Part shown: piece by piece, positions 1 to 14,729 of the stretch
Layout of the letters: every line of letters begins with the position of its first letter
How positions within the stretch are numbered: the first letter of the stretch is position 1
NCBI RefSeq assembly: GCF_009914755.1
Contig: NC_060927.1
Direction: 5' to 3' (one strand)
DNA length: 64,000 nucleotides
Source: the human T2T-CHM13v2.0 reference genome, Homo sapiens
The notes under the pieces: generated by a model
Databases searched by the model: none
The model's input: only the letters and a program-made list of their open reading frames with translations
Told to the model about the DNA's origin: nothing
Position numbers and translations under genes: made by a program

Positions 1-270
1 ATGCACCCACCCCCAAGCCAAAGAACTAGGCCATTGCAAGCTGATTCCATCACTTCAGGAACCCCCAACCCCTGAGAGAGCATGAGACACAGAGGCTGGA
101 GCCTAAGGACTCTGCTCTGCCCCTCGCAGCTGTGGACCTTGCACAGTTCACTGCTTTGAGCCTCAGTGTCCTTATCTATGAAATGGTAATGCTAGTACCT
201 ACCTCCAGAGAGAAAGTGAAGAAATCTGTGAACTGCTAAAAATGTTTAAGTAGCTGATGCCTTTTCTTTG

Positions 271-1217
<947 letters not shown>

Positions 1218-1675
1218 TTAGCAAAAATGGGCAGCAGTAAGTCTGGCCGCTTCTCAATGCTTGTCAGCAAACAAAGATGCAAGGATACTCACATCCTCCC
1301 ACCCCAGCAGGGATCCTGTGGGTGAGCTCGTCAGCGCCAGGGAGCATGTCTGTTACAGCAGCAGTATTAATGTATTTGCTTACACAGGTATCCCCACTGC
1401 TTGCGGGGGAAAAAAGATGTGCGTGAACTTGGTGTCAGTGAATGCTGCCTCCTGACACATTTTTCTTGTTACATTTCTTTTCCCTGTCACAGTCATTTTT
1501 GGTCATTTTTATCCTGTTACAGTAACATACAAATATCCTGACATTTCTTCAGAGATCTTTGGAAGTCCTATTTTCTCCTGACTGCCAAGAAAAAAAGGAC
1601 AATGAGACGTTATATCTTGTCATCCTAAGTCACACCACCCCCGCCCATCAAGAACTACTTCAGAACAGAAACGTG

Positions 1676-2200
1676 TCAGTTAGCTACTGCTGTGTAACAG
1701 ACACTACAAACTCAATGGCTTAAAACAGTAAATGTTGCTTATGAGATTACAGGTCTACAGATCAGCTGGGTGATTCCTCTGGTCTCAGCTGGGCTCCCTC
1801 ACATATCTGACGTGAGCTGACAGTCAGGTAGACAGCCCTGCCGATCTGTCCTGGGCTCTCTCCCTTGTTTGGGGGTCAGATGGCTGCTTCATGCTAGTGC
1901 AGGATGTGTGTTGGGACTCATGGGCTCTCCTCCATGTGGTTCAGCATCCTCCAGCAGGCTACAGAGAGGGTTTGTTCTCATGGCATGAGAGCGAGAGGAA
2001 GCATGTGAGCACCTTTCAGGCCTGGGCTTAGAACTGGTGTACAGTCACCCCTGCCATATTCTCCTGGCAAGTCAAGTCAGGAAGTCAGCTCACATTCAAG
2101 TGACAGGGAAACCGGCTCCCCTTTATATAGGAGGAGCGGCAAGGTCATATTGCAGAGAGATGCAGACACAGGGAGGCCATTAATACAATCAATCTATTAC
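1676..2200 (-). mobile_element. MLT1-family LTR
   Basis: Begins tgtcagttagctactgctgtgtaaca...tggcttaaaaca, the reverse complement of an MLT1 3' end. Confidence 0.8.
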
Positions 2201-2954
2201 AAAAGGGAAACATTCTGGAATGGCTGGCCTGTCTCATCTGCCACTACCCACAGCTAAGGCCTGCGGTCTTCGAACTGGCAAGGTTCAGCCTTGCTCCAGA
2301 GTGGAAAGGAGGGAGAGAAGAGGAAGGGAGGATTGGGACGTGGGCAACCCTCTTTTCCCTCCCTGTCTACTTACACCTGAAGGGCTAGGGAGGATTTGCT
2401 GGAATACTGTGTGCTCCATGCATCCAACTTGGAGCTCCTAATACTTAATAAGTCCCCAAGATAATCCTGTGAGTTGGCTTATTAGGGCATTACTGTTACA
2501 TAAACTAGCCACTAATTGTGAAATGTATTTACTCAAGTCTCTGAGCCGCAAGATAAACACTCATGTTCTGGTGGCATCACTACCTTGACAATCAAGCTCA
2601 TTTAATCCAGAGCTCCTTGTAAGAACTGCACGTTGAAGGGGTGCTCCCTGTGTGAATTTTGGGGGACTCTATAAGAGATATTCCAAGGAGGCTGTCCCCT
2701 AGTCACAGCACCCACCGGCCTGGACTTCAGGGCCTTCTCTATGCCAGATGAGGCCTTGTTGCCTGGCTGGGCCCTCGACCACCCCCACTTGTCTCCCCTG
2801 TGCTGGTCACTCATCTGCCTGCTCAAGAGAGACCACAGCCTTAAGAGTCAGATTTGGCTTAGGATCTGAGCTCCACCACTCTCCTGAGTTGGTCTGGGAC
2901 ATTTACAAAATATTCTCTGGAAGATCCACAAAGTGGATGTCAGAAGATCAATAT

Positions 2955-3670
2955 TGCTGTGGAAGTTTACTCAGAGTAAAAACCAAAGTCCTTACAAAGC
3001 TCTTAAAGGCAAAATAACCTGGCCTCTGTTCCCCCTCTGAACTCATCCTCTATTCACCTCCCTCACTCATTTCCCTCCAGGAACATGGGCCTCCCCACTC
3101 TTCCAGGCACTCTGCTGCCTCGAGGCATTCACATATGCTGTTTCCTCTGCTGCAGTGCTCGTCCCTTAGACACCATGCGGCTTCCTCCCTCACCTCCTGC
3201 AGGTCTTTGCTGAAATTCACCTTCTGCCTATCTGCCAGGACTGTAAATGCAGCCGCCCTCCACAACACCCCCACCCTCCTTCCCTGCTTAGCTTTCTCCT
3301 TATTTCTCAACATGGTCTAACTTACTGTGCAGTTCATCAAATTCAGATGTCATCAGTAGCAAGACGAGCTATTAGTTTATGCACCATAAAGAAAGATAAA
3401 CATGCCAATTAAACAGCAGAACAAGACTAAGATACCATTGAATGTAGGACACACTCTGATTTCAGAAATGTTAAATGTCAGGGGGAAATCAGCATCATAG
3501 AATCACTGAAGTCTGGTGTATTTTACTTATTTATGTTGTTTATTTTCTGTTTTCCCCGCTAGAATGGCAGCTCCATAAGGGCAGGGTCTTCACCCGGTTT
3601 GCTCACTGCTCAGTGCCTAGGACAGTTCCTTGCATGTAGGAGGTGCTTTTTAAATACTGTTGAACATTGA
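2955..3670 (+). mobile_element. L2 fragments with a MER104-like (Tc2) DNA element at ~3330-3515
   Basis: L2-like ctcagagtaaaaaccaaagtccttaca and cagtgcctaggacagttccttgcatgtagg; the internal segment resembles the reverse of 52385-52530. Confidence 0.55.
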
Positions 3671-5691
3671 AAGATTTATCTCTGCCCCCTCAAGAAAGTC
3701 CAAGACCTGGAACTTCCTTAATACTGTCCAAATGGGCTATGTGAATATTCGACCCAAGATGGGGCAAGGACTTTCCTGGCACCAGAGCAGTAGCCAGCGC
3801 ACAGTAAATGCCCAATAAATATTCACTCATTGGATTAGTGATTGGATAGTCTGAGATGCTGTCTTGGATCCAAAACTCAAGACTGATGTAGGGCTGCTAG
3901 ACAGCCTGAGAGCAAAGGGTTTGCCTCTGACGGGGCTGTGCTCGGGTCATTGCTACACACGGATGGCACGCCCAGGCCTATGGGGCACACTGCTTGTGTG
4001 GCGGAACCTGGTCACTCTGGCTTCATACCTCCATGCCCTGGTGGCTGGACCAGTGGGAAAGAGGGTGTGGACGATGTATCATCATGGGACAATGTGAGCA
4101 TGGCAGCTCCCAGGATCTGTCAGGGGCTAGAGAGTGGTAACTTGTGACATCTTCACATTCACAGGGGCCCTCACACATTCACTGGTGATGTTCTTGAGAT
4201 GGGGGTTACATTTTATGTGAATTTGAGGCAGTGTTGTGTTAAAATATTAATGAAGTCTCATTCTAAATACAAAACTGGAAATAATACAAATCTTCCTACC
4301 CACTATCTCCCGCCCCGCACACACACTCTAAGCAGTAGCGGGAAATTCAAGTGTCCTGCAGCACTTCCATAGTGGGCAGGTTGGGTCTGTGAGTCCCATT
4401 GCACTTGTTGCCACACGGTGGCGCCACACTGGCAGTAAGCAGAAGTGTCCATGTTCGTCTTGAATTATGAGTTTTGAGTTATGCAAGGTCTTCAGGAACA
4501 CATCCCTCACATACACCTTCTAGTGCCTTGGGGTTATATTGTTAAAAGTCTTCATTCATTCATTTGAACTGTTTAAAAATATGCCACTTTGTGACATTAT
4601 TTCTCCATGATTTATGACATCAGGAGCCCTCCCAATATGAAAGTGGCCTAGTGTCTCTCGCCTCTGAGTCAACCCAGCACCCCTTCTTGATGCAGCCTTC
4701 TCTGTGAACCCCCTCCCCACGGGACAGTCAGCATCTCCTCCTGCCTCCACCCATCCCCATGGACTTCCCCACATACAGTCATGAAGCAAATACTCCCAGC
4801 ACCCAGTGTAGCAAGGTCTTATGCTGGGAACTGGACGTTGGAGATGAACCAGACAGGGCTTCCCAGCACCTAGGAGCCATGCGTGCCCAGGGGAAGCATC
4901 AAACAGGAGTCAGGGGAGGTCTCCTGGAGGAGATGATGCCTGAGCTGAGTCTTGACATTCTTTGGGTTGAGAGCGTGGACATGAACACAAAATTATCAAT
5001 TACCCATCTAGGCGCTTATGTCGTTTGCTGGACCACGATCTCCTTGAAGTAGGTAAACACATGGGATTTATCTGTTTTCCTGCCTTTCTGCTTAACATTG
5101 GAAATGGCCAAGTGAGTTAAGCATGGCAAAGGGCTTAGAACCATGCCTCATGTGTAGTAAAGATTATGTAAGTGCCAGCTGCTATTCTTGTTTTCATTGC
5201 CGCTATTGCTTTTATAATTAGCCAGCATCAATATATATGGAATAACTCAGGAAATGAAAGAGTGAGGGATGTGTTGGCAACAGCCTCAGACCAGAGATCA
5301 AAAGCTTGGACTGAGTCCTCAGTTCAACTTCTATAAAGTGGGGATAATTAAACCATTCAAGCCCAGGTGTTATAATGGTTAGAGGAAATTACAAAGCACA
5401 CACATGAAGCAACCAGCATATGGTAGGTGCTCAGTGTGAATTCTGTTTACCTTCCTTGTCTTATGGTGCCCAGACACTTAGCACAGGACTGTGTGCGTGT
5501 ATGTGCTCAATAAATATTTGTTAATGAATTGATGAGTAAAATTCTCATTGTTTAAAGAATATTAGTCATGGAACATGTTCACTGTCTCAGACAAACTCTT
5601 AGCCAGGAACAGGAAATACATGCTGAATGAACCTCTGCTCCCCACTCACTCACCCAAGGCCGACATTACTAATCAATGATGGCACTCTGTG

Positions 5692-6170
5692 TTAGTCAGG
5701 ACTCTTTTTGTTGGAAATGACCAACCAGCTTGAGCAAAAAGGGGTTTGTTATATGGATACTGGAGTAGCTCAGAAAACCAAAGAAGAAGCTACAGGCAGC
5801 AGCGCAGCCCCTGGGCCCTCCTGGGAACCTCACTGGACCCCTCTCTCCCCTCTTCATTTCTCCTCTAGGGATCTGTATGTTTGCAAGCATTCTTTCAGGC
5901 AGGGCTCCTGCGGATGGCAGCTAGAAGCTCTGAAGTTACCTCCTTCCCAGTTCATGTAAGATGGTAAGATGGACAGCATGCTTCCCCTCCCCATCCTGAC
6001 TACTTCAGGGGAGGCTTCTGATTGGCCTGCTGGGATCATGTTTTCAGTGGAAGGGGGGCTCTTTGTTACCAGGACTGGCAGTCCAGAGAAAAACATGAAG
6101 TCAGAGAAGAGTCATTTTCCAGAATAAAGGAGAAAGAGAAGCTGAGAAGACACCAGTGATGAAGGTTCAC
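5692..6170 (-). mobile_element. Old MLT1 (K/L-like) LTR
   Basis: gttagtcaggactctttttgttggaaatgac...; similar to the element at 9250. Confidence 0.55.
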
Positions 6171-6411
6171 TCCTGACCACAGAGCTGGGATAGCACCTCA
6201 GAATCCTTCTCAACACAGTGCCCAATCAGAATCAGCACTCAAGACAAAATCTACTTGAGATTTAGACCAAGCCTACATAGAGGGAGGTTCATGGCATTGT
6301 ATGAATCTGCAGAGGATTCCACTGGAAACTAGCTGAGCCTGGGTTTGAATCTGAGCTGTCAGGACAGCAGGCAAGTTGCTGCACCTCTCCAAGCCTCAGT
6401 TTCCTCATCTG

Positions 6412-6757
6412 GTACAATGGGCTGAATGCTTCTGTTCCCCCACAAATTCATATGTTGAAATCCTAATCCCCAGTGTGATGGCATTAGGACGTGGGGCCCT
6501 TGGGAGGTGATTAGGTCATTAGGATAGAATCCTCATGGATGGGATTAGTGCCTTATAAAAAGACATAACAGAGCTTACTTTTTGGATGTGAGGACATAAT
6601 AATAAGATGTCCATCTGCAAACCGGGAAGCAAGCCCTCTCCAGACACTGAATCTGCTGCTGCCTCGATCTTGGACTTCCCAGCCTCCAGAACTGCAAAAC
6701 ATAAATGTGTGTTGCTTAAGTCAGCCAGTCTATGATAGTTTGAGCTGGCTAAGACCT
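6412..6757 (+). mobile_element. MLT1A LTR inserted in a MIR
   Basis: aaattcatatgttgaaatcctaatccccagtgtgatgg...ttggacttcccagcctccagaact; MIR halves on both sides. Confidence 0.85.
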
Positions 6758-6879
6758 CTGGTAAGTGAGTATAATAATGCCAAACTCAGAGGTTTTGTAA
6801 GGGTAGATGAGACACTCTGTGTAAACTTCAGCACAATCCATGGAAGACAGTCAACATTCAATAAATGTTACCTCTTTTC

Positions 6880-7330
6880 TGAGTGTGGGTTCCCTTAGAA
6901 GCAGACTCTGAGACTAAGATTACCATGCAAGTGGTTTAGTCGGTAGGTAATCCAGAAGCCAAGATTCTCTCTCACAACCCACACAGGGAAGTGAGAGAGA
7001 GCAATGATGGTACTAATGGGCAAGTTACCACTGTGGGCAACTGAGGCTCAATTCTGCTGGAGACCTTTGAGAGGTTGTTGTTCCCCAACCCCCATCCCAC
7101 GAGGGGTGAGGGAGCTGGGGTATTTATGCACCAGCTGCCGTTGATCACTGATTGAGGGCTGCTCCTGGGCATTCACTCCCAGGCATTTCCAGCCTGCACT
7201 TTGCCTCAGCTGAGCTTACTCCCATAGCCAGAGAACCACCGCAGGCAGAGACACAGGTGTTTTCAATAAGAAGCCACCAGCAGGAGGGCACTGACAGTGG
7301 CAGCATCACTTCAGATGTTATCAAGGGAAT
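6880..7330 (-). mobile_element. ERVL LTR (LTR16/LTR33-like)
   Basis: gggttcccttagaagcagactctgagac and gggagctggggtatttat motifs. Confidence 0.6.
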
Positions 7331-7859
7331 CCATAAACCTTACAGCATGGCACACACAGAGGGATGATCTTACCAAAGTGTTTCTTCTAGGGGAGCTGGA
7401 GTTAAATGGCATGGTCCTTCTTCAGTCCACAGATCCTGGTACCCCATTGTCTCCTCTGAGTTCCTGACCTCAGTTTTTATCTGCCACATACAAGTTTTTT
7501 TTCCTAGTACCAGAGTATACCATTCTTCACCTCCAATGTAGGCAGAGCTCTAGCTCCCTGGAGAGCAGGAGCTTTCTTCATTGGGCAAGCTGGAGGCTAA
7601 TTCCCCCACACTGAGGCAAACCCAGAAGAGTGCTAACTTCTGGAGCATCCATGCTGGGCTCTTGGAGGCCAAGTGCTGGGCATTCAACCAATGCATAAAC
7701 AGGGCATTTCTAAAACAAATAAGGTTGGTCATAGATCCCAAGCACCCCTTATATTCTTACCCAACCATTCATTTCTGGGCTGCTTTCTTCTAACCAACCT
7801 TCATCCACATGAACTAGGTGCTGCCTGGCTTCTTCCAGCTCCTCCCAGGACATCTAGTT

Positions 7860-9060
7860 TTTTTCTTTAATACAGCATGTATTTAGAGACACTTCATATA
7901 AAATAAAATCATCATTTTAAAGTGTAAACTTCAGTGGTTTTTAGTACATTCACTATGTTGTGCAACCGTCACCATGATCTAATTCCAGAACGTTTCCATC
8001 CTCCCCAAAGAAATCCTTTAGCAGTTAGTTCCAATTCTCCTCTCCCATTCCCTGGCAATCACTAATCTACTTTATGTCTCTATGAATTTGCCTGTTCTGG
8101 ATATTTTATATATGGAATCATATCACAGGTGGCCTTTTGTAACTGGCTTCTGTCACTTAGTGGAATGTTTTTGAGGTTTATCCATGTTGTAGCATGACTG
8201 GTAAGTACTTCATTTTTAACAATGAACAATATTGCATTGTATGAATATACCACACTTTCTCCATCCATTCACTCATCAATGGACACTTGGGTTGTTTCCA
8301 CCCTTTTGCTATTGTGAATAATGCTGCTATGAATATTCATCCACTGTACAAGCGTTTGTGCAAATATGTTTTCAGTTTGCTGTGGTTTAAATGTGTCCCC
8401 AAAGGGTCATGTCTTGGAAACTTAATTTCCAATGCAACAGTTTTGGAAGATGGAACCTAATGCGAGGTGTTTAGGTTCTGAGGGCCCTGCCCTCATGAAT
8501 GGATTAATATCGTTACTGTGGGAGTGGGTTAGTTTTTGCAGGAGTAGATTTGTTATAAAAGCGAGTTCAGCCCACTCTTGCCCTGTCTTGCTTTCTCTTG
8601 CCCATGTGTTGCCTTCCACTATGTTATGATGCAACAAGAAGGCCCTCACCAGATATAGGTGCTCAGTCTTGGACTTCACAGCCTTCAGAACTGTGGGCCA
8701 AATAAATTTCTGTTCATTATAAATTACCCAGTCTGTGGTATTGTTATAGCAGCACAAAATGGACTAAGACACAGATCTCTAGACTATCTAGGTTGGAATG
8801 GAATTGCTGGCACATATAGTTATTCCATGTTTAACTGTTTGAAGAACTGCTGCACTCTTTTCCAAAGTGACTACACCATTTTACATTCCCACCAGCAATG
8901 TATGAGAGTTCCAATTTCTTCATATTATTTCCAATATTCATTCTCTGTTTTTGAGGGTTTTTCCATTCTAGCCATCCTAGCGGGTGTGAAGTGATATCTC
9001 ATTGTGGTTTTGATTTGCATTTCCCTGATGGTTAATGATGTTGAGCATCTTTTCACAGAG
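7860..9060 (-). mobile_element. L1MB-like 3' end, split by an MST LTR
   Basis: Antisense L1 3' UTR/ORF2-end motifs (ggacacttgggttgtttcca, cattcccaccagcaatgtatgag). Confidence 0.85.
8378..8772 (+). mobile_element. MSTB-like MaLR LTR
   Basis: tgctgtggtttaaatgtgtccc...gttatagcagcacaaaatggactaagaca. Confidence 0.85.
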
Positions 9061-9249
9061 CATCTAGTTTTGATCACCACCCAACATGAAGGGAAACTCT
9101 TAGTCTTGGGCTTCAGTTTTTAGCATCTGTCAGACTCAAGTTTTGCCTCTCATTGGCCATAAGTGGCTCCTTCAATCTGCTCTCAAACCGAGCCCTGTCC
9201 TCAACTTCCTGGGAGCTTTGACCTTCTGGTCAAATCAATGCCTCCTCTT

Positions 9250-9830
9250 GGTCAGGATTCTTTTCATTGAAAGTGTTAGAAACCCAACTCACACTGGTTT
9301 GAACACAAAAGGGGATTTATTGCCTCATGCGCCTAATAAATCCCAGGGCAATAGTAGCTTCAGGCATGCCTGGATGTAGGTACCCAATGGATGTCATCTA
9401 GAAGCTTTCTCTTGCTCCCAATCTGAGCTCTACTTTCCTTTAGGTCAACTTTACTCTGTGATGGGCTCTCTCCTCTTGGTGGCAAGAAGACTTTTGGAAG
9501 CCACAGTCTCACCTCTTTGCAGTTAGCAACATCAGTGGAAAGAAGCCTTCTCTTTCTCAATAGCTCCAGCTAAGGTCCGAGGATTGTCTCTAACTGGACT
9601 AACTTGGGTCATGTGCCCATCTTAAAATAATGACAGTGGTTATGGCAATGGAATTTGCTGAGTGGCTGGGCCTGGGTCAAATCTGCAACCTTAGAGCTAA
9701 ATGTGGGGTCAGCTCCTCCTAAACCATGTAATCTGAGAGTGAGAAAGTTGTGGCTTCCCACAATAAATTGGGGCCCTACTGCCAGAAGGGAGAATGGATA
9801 CTGAACAAACAGAAACTTCAGGTCTCCATT
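9250..9830 (-). mobile_element. Old MLT1 (K/L-like) LTR
   Basis: gtcaggattcttttcattg...aacccaactcacactgg...ttgggtcatgtgcccatc. Confidence 0.65.
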
Positions 9831-10029
9831 GGCCCTCTAGATCCTCTATTCCTATGTCCCAGCAATATACTCACTGTCGTGTCTCATTCCATGACAATGC
9901 AATAGGTTAATGTCTGGGAACTTATCTCAGGTGAAGACAGTCAGAGAGAGTGAAAAGTTGGTCCTTCCGAGAGACCAGGGGAAGAATAAGCAGAAGCCAT
10001 TACAAAACTCACAAACTCACACTTTTGCT

Positions 10030-10343
10030 TCTTGGTTTAGTTCATTTGGGCTGTGATAACAGAATACCTTAGATTGGGTGGCTCATAAGCAATAGAAATG
10101 TGTTTCTCACAGTTCTGAAGGTTGGGAAGTCCAAGGTCAAGATGCCAGCAGAATTGGTGTTTGGTGAGGGCCCGCTTTCTTGTTCATAGATGGTGCCTTC
10201 TAGCTATCGTCACATGGTAGAAGGGGTAAGGGAGCTCTCTGGGGCCTCTTTCATAAGGGACCCACCTTCTGACACCATCATGTTGGAATTTAGGATTTCA
10301 ACATATGAATTTTGGGGGAACACAAACTTTCCATCTATAACAT
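10030..10343 (-). mobile_element. MLT1A/MSTD-like LTR
   Basis: ggaagtccaaggtcaagatgccagcag...caacatatgaattttgggggaacacaaac. Confidence 0.8.
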
Positions 10344-11716
10344 TTGTCCAGAATTGATTGTGAGAAATAAACAGGCTTCTTTGTTGATTTGTTTACACAA
10401 AGAGAAACCCATTTTTTTAAATGATAAAATACTTCTCACACTAATGATCCTCCCTAGAGCTTATAAGAGGTGCGGTTTGATTTGGGATGCTTTTGTTTGT
10501 TTGTTTGTTTCCTTTAAATTACCTGGAGGACTTTTTTTTTCTTCCAGCGGCAGGAAGCAGCATTCCACCTGAAGAAAAATCGTCATCATCATGCCTCTCT
10601 GTTCCTCGGCAGCCAAAGGCTGACTCACTCCCTTGGCTCTGGGAGGCTTGGTTGCTCGACTCTGATTGTGAAGCATGTGCAGATAGTGTGTTCACATCCA
10701 AAATCATGCATGCACACACAACTCCTAAACACAACCTCATGTGTCCTCTGTGCCAATCACGCAAACGCACCATGCCTGAAGGGGGTGTGTCCTCCCCACA
10801 CAGTGGGGTGCTGACAGAAGCCATTCTGCAAAGGCTTGTTAATTCTTAGACAGTCGGGTGTGAATATCATGCTGACATTTATAGCGTGTCTTCACCACAC
10901 TCCGTCTCACCCACGCTGAACCACGCACCTGCAGGAGGGAATGCTGGTATCAATGCAGCAGATGTTGTGTGCCCTCGGAATGCTTAAATATGTACTCTCT
11001 ACAGAAGGCGTGTGTTACCCAAACACAGACCTGAGGGAGGGGGACTAGGAGGGAAGAGAAAAGGGAAGATGTGGTCTGGCTTCTCCAAGCCTATCTTTGG
11101 GTGCCCTGGATGCCTGATAAATTCCAGCCTTGGACGAAAACAAAAGGCTTTATCTTTTAAAACAAGTTTAGGAAGATGTTAGAATTTATTATATAGAAAA
11201 ATATAACAAAACAAAACATGGGCTGTGCAGTCAGAGAAACGTGGTTTTAAGTCCCAGTTCTACAATTTAACAAGCTACATGACCTGGGTCAATCACTTAG
11301 CCTCTCTGAGCCTTCTCACCAGTAAAACGGAGCTCACAGAGGTATCTATTTCTCAGAGTTGTGGTCAAGGAAAGTTAGGTTAGTGATTCATTTGCTGGAA
11401 CATAAAGAAATAAATACTCCTTTATTTGAACTTCTAAGTCATGGGTGGCATGCCAGGGTGACTTTGTCCTGATATTAGGGTTACTAGGGTCCTTTTCTAG
11501 TTGTCCTGGATCTCAGCATCCTGCCTCCAACCCTGGTATTCCCACGCATACCAGAGGTGGATCCACAGGTCATCTCCCCTGCAGATTCAGCCCCTTCCCA
11601 GTTCCCAAGTATCTCTGGGCTTGAGGGGAACATGTATTATGTTGCTCAACACTGTCCTGGTTGCAAGTGACAGAAAATGGAAATTTATTGGTTTGTGTGA
11701 TTAGAAAGTTTGAGGG

Positions 11717-11849
11717 TGAGTGGGTGCAGTGGCTCACACCTGTATTCCCAGCACTTTGGGAGGCCAAGGCAGGATGATCACTTGATGCCAAGAGTTCAAC
11801 ACCAGCCTGGGCAAGATAGTGAGACATGTTTCTACAAAAAAAAAAAAAA
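11717..11849 (+). mobile_element. FLAM / Alu left monomer
   Basis: Single Alu arm ending in poly(A). Confidence 0.85.
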
Positions 11850-12591
11850 TTAAATACCCAGGCAGGCCACCAGCAGCATCAGGCTCATGCCCAGCTGAGA
11901 AAAGACAAGTCTCTATCCCCTCATCCCCAGCAGCAACCCTGAGATGTGCGCTCTGGCCGAGCAGGCACAGTGCCTGGAGGAATGCACCACACCTACTGGC
12001 TCAGACTTGGGTCATGTGCTAAACCTGAGTGGGGAACCTCAGCTGGACAAATGGTGGGAGGCTAGCTCCCCAGACAAAAATCGGGGGTTCTTGCTAGCAA
12101 AGGAGGGTGGGATGCTATCAAGACAAACCGTAGCCATCTACTGCATGTGTCAGCCTCATGTTGTGGCCCAGGGAGCTTTGCATGGAGCCTGGTCCTGGGT
12201 GCTTTCACCTGGGACCCCATGTCCCTGCCCTGACCACTGACCCCTTCTACAGATCAGTCTTGGAAGAATGGGTTTAATACCACCTGCTTGTGTGTTGTGA
12301 GCATTCAGTGGAGCATGTCAGGAAATGCTTAGTTCATTGTGCAGAGGCAAGTCTTTATGCCACCCAAGTCATCTGCTCCTCCTGGATCCAGGAGCCTTGC
12401 AGACAGGCTGGGGCCATGACACTGAGTTCTGGCCAGTGGAATGTGGATGGCAATAGTGTACACAATTGCTTCCAGACCTGGCTATCAAACAACCCATGCC
12501 ATCTTCTGTGGTATCTCCCTGGCCTATGATATGGAAGCAAAGGGCTCTGAGATGGTGGAGCCACCTGATGCAGTAAGTCCCAATACCTGGG

Positions 12592-12947
12592 TGCTGTGGT
12601 TTGAATAAGGTGACCTGCAAAACACATATTGAAGTATAATTGCCATTGTAACAGTATTAAGAGGTGGGACCTTTAAAAGGAGATTAAGCCATGAGAGTGG
12701 GATTAATGCTGTCATAAAAGGGCAAATTCAGCCCCTTCTTGCTCTCTTTTGTCCTTCCACCTTCAACCCTGTACAGACAAGATATTCTTCCACCATGTGA
12801 TAGTGCAGCAAGAAGGCCCTCACCAGACACGAGCACCTTGATCTTGGACTTCCCAGCCTCCAGAACTGTGCTAAAATAAATTTCTGTTCATTATAAATTA
12901 TCCAGACTGTGGTATTTTGTTATGGCAGCACAAACAGACTAAGAAAC
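12592..12947 (+). mobile_element. MSTB-like LTR nested in an older MLT1
   Basis: tgctgtggtttgaat...gttatggcagcacaaacagactaaga. Confidence 0.8.
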
Positions 12948-12997
12948 GTAGTCACCATGTGTAGGAGAGCAACAAATAAACCTTTGATATGTTAAGT

Positions 12998-13197
12998 CAG
13001 TGGTTCTCCAAGAGGCAATGTCTGGAAATATTTTTGGTTGTCACCACTGGAAGTAGGGTGGGGAGCTAGTACTGGCATCTAGTGGGGAGAGACCAGGGAT
13101 GTGGCTGAATATCCTACAATGCACAGGACAGCCCCCACAACTAAGAATTATTCAGCCCCAAATGTCAGTAGTGCTGAACTTTAGAATCCCTGCTCTA
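12998..13197 (+). mobile_element. MER20 (hAT-Charlie) DNA transposon
   Basis: cagtggttctc...tggcatctagtgg...atcctacaatgcacaggacagccccc...aaatgtcagtagtgc. Confidence 0.85.
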
Positions 13198-14729
13198 AAA
13201 TGTGGGCACCTTGAGAGACGGATGTTGTCATTGTCCTTCTGAAAACCTTCCAATGGCCTCTATCACACTCAGGATAAATTTCCAGTCCCTTACTTTGATC
13301 TACAAAGCCCCACAGGACCTGGATCCTGCCCACCACCCCTCCTACCTCACATCCCACTTCTCTTTCTCACCCACTTCTGGACCTCTTTCCAACCTAAGGA
13401 CTTCATACGTGCTGTTAAATCCTTAAACACATTTCTCCCTGTTCTTCCAGGTATTCAGTTATGGCTTAAACATCACCTCCTCTGAGACACCTTCACTCGT
13501 CACAGTCTGTATTAGATTCATTCCCACCTCTTGATTCTCTATTATCGCACCACATTGCCATGATCCTTTCACAGCAATGACCGTGATGTAATGTGCCCTG
13601 CTTCCTTGTGGGGGTGTGGTAGGGGTGGTGTCTGCCTTCCCTCTGGAGTGTGAGGAACATGAGGACCAGATAAATAATGGATAGAAAGAGCCATCTTTGC
13701 AGTCAGACAGCCCTGGATTTTACTTCTTGTTCCAGTACCAACTGTGAGTCCCTTCACTCTCCCGGCCTCCATCTCCTCATCTGCAGAATGGGAATAAGAA
13801 TACTCACAGGTTGCTGTGAGGATTAAATGGGATAGTGTAAAGAGAGCACTTGGCCCAATTCACAGTAGAGAACAGTCACTTAGAAAGTGTCTTGACTATC
13901 AAATGCATGAATAAAAGTGTAAGCACAGTCAAGTCCCTGCATGCTGTTGTTTTTAGGGATGAACTCTTGGGAGGAAGGTGGCATTGGGGTGCCTGGGTGG
14001 AGGCTCCTTGGAATGGAAGGATGAAGAAGGTGTGTGCTTGAGAACAGAGCTCGGTTTCCCCAGGCAGCTTCTGCATCTACCTCTCTTGACACAGCACCAC
14101 AGGGGCTGGCAAGCCCTCATTCCTCCTTTAAAACTGCGACCCTAGCTCCCATCCTTCAAGTCACTGTCCCCAGGACTGTTCTCCCTGATGCCTCTCTCTT
14201 GCAGGACCCAGGAGGGAGGCGGCCACCGCTGTTATGGTCCTTCTTTGGAGAAACACACCCCTCCCCCCAAGAGTGCCTCCTAGCACTGTCTCTATCTGTG
14301 TCTGTCTAGACCAGGCAGGAAATTAAAGTGGGTATCAGGACATTTGCAACAAATAGCTCAGGCCCCAGGCTGAGACCCACGTGTCTACAAAAAGGAATGT
14401 GATTGAGGGACCTCTTTCTTTCAAGTACAGTCTCATATCAGACTGTTGGGGCCACACAGAAACTTGGATTGTTTCCATCTCTGCATGTATGAAGGGTAAA
14501 AAGACAGCAGGGAGGATGCAGAGATGATGGTGAACCAGGGGAGACAGGTCCAAGAGCCCTGTCTCCTGGGAGAGGCAGGGGACTGCGAGCTTAGGCGCTC
14601 CCGCATCGCTGCAGGTGGGCCAGTGGAACTCCCTGAGCCTCCATTCCCTCATCTGTGAGGTGGACATGTTAACATACCTGCAGCTTAGGCTGCAGTGAAA
14701 CATAAACGAGTTAAAATATGTAAAGCACT

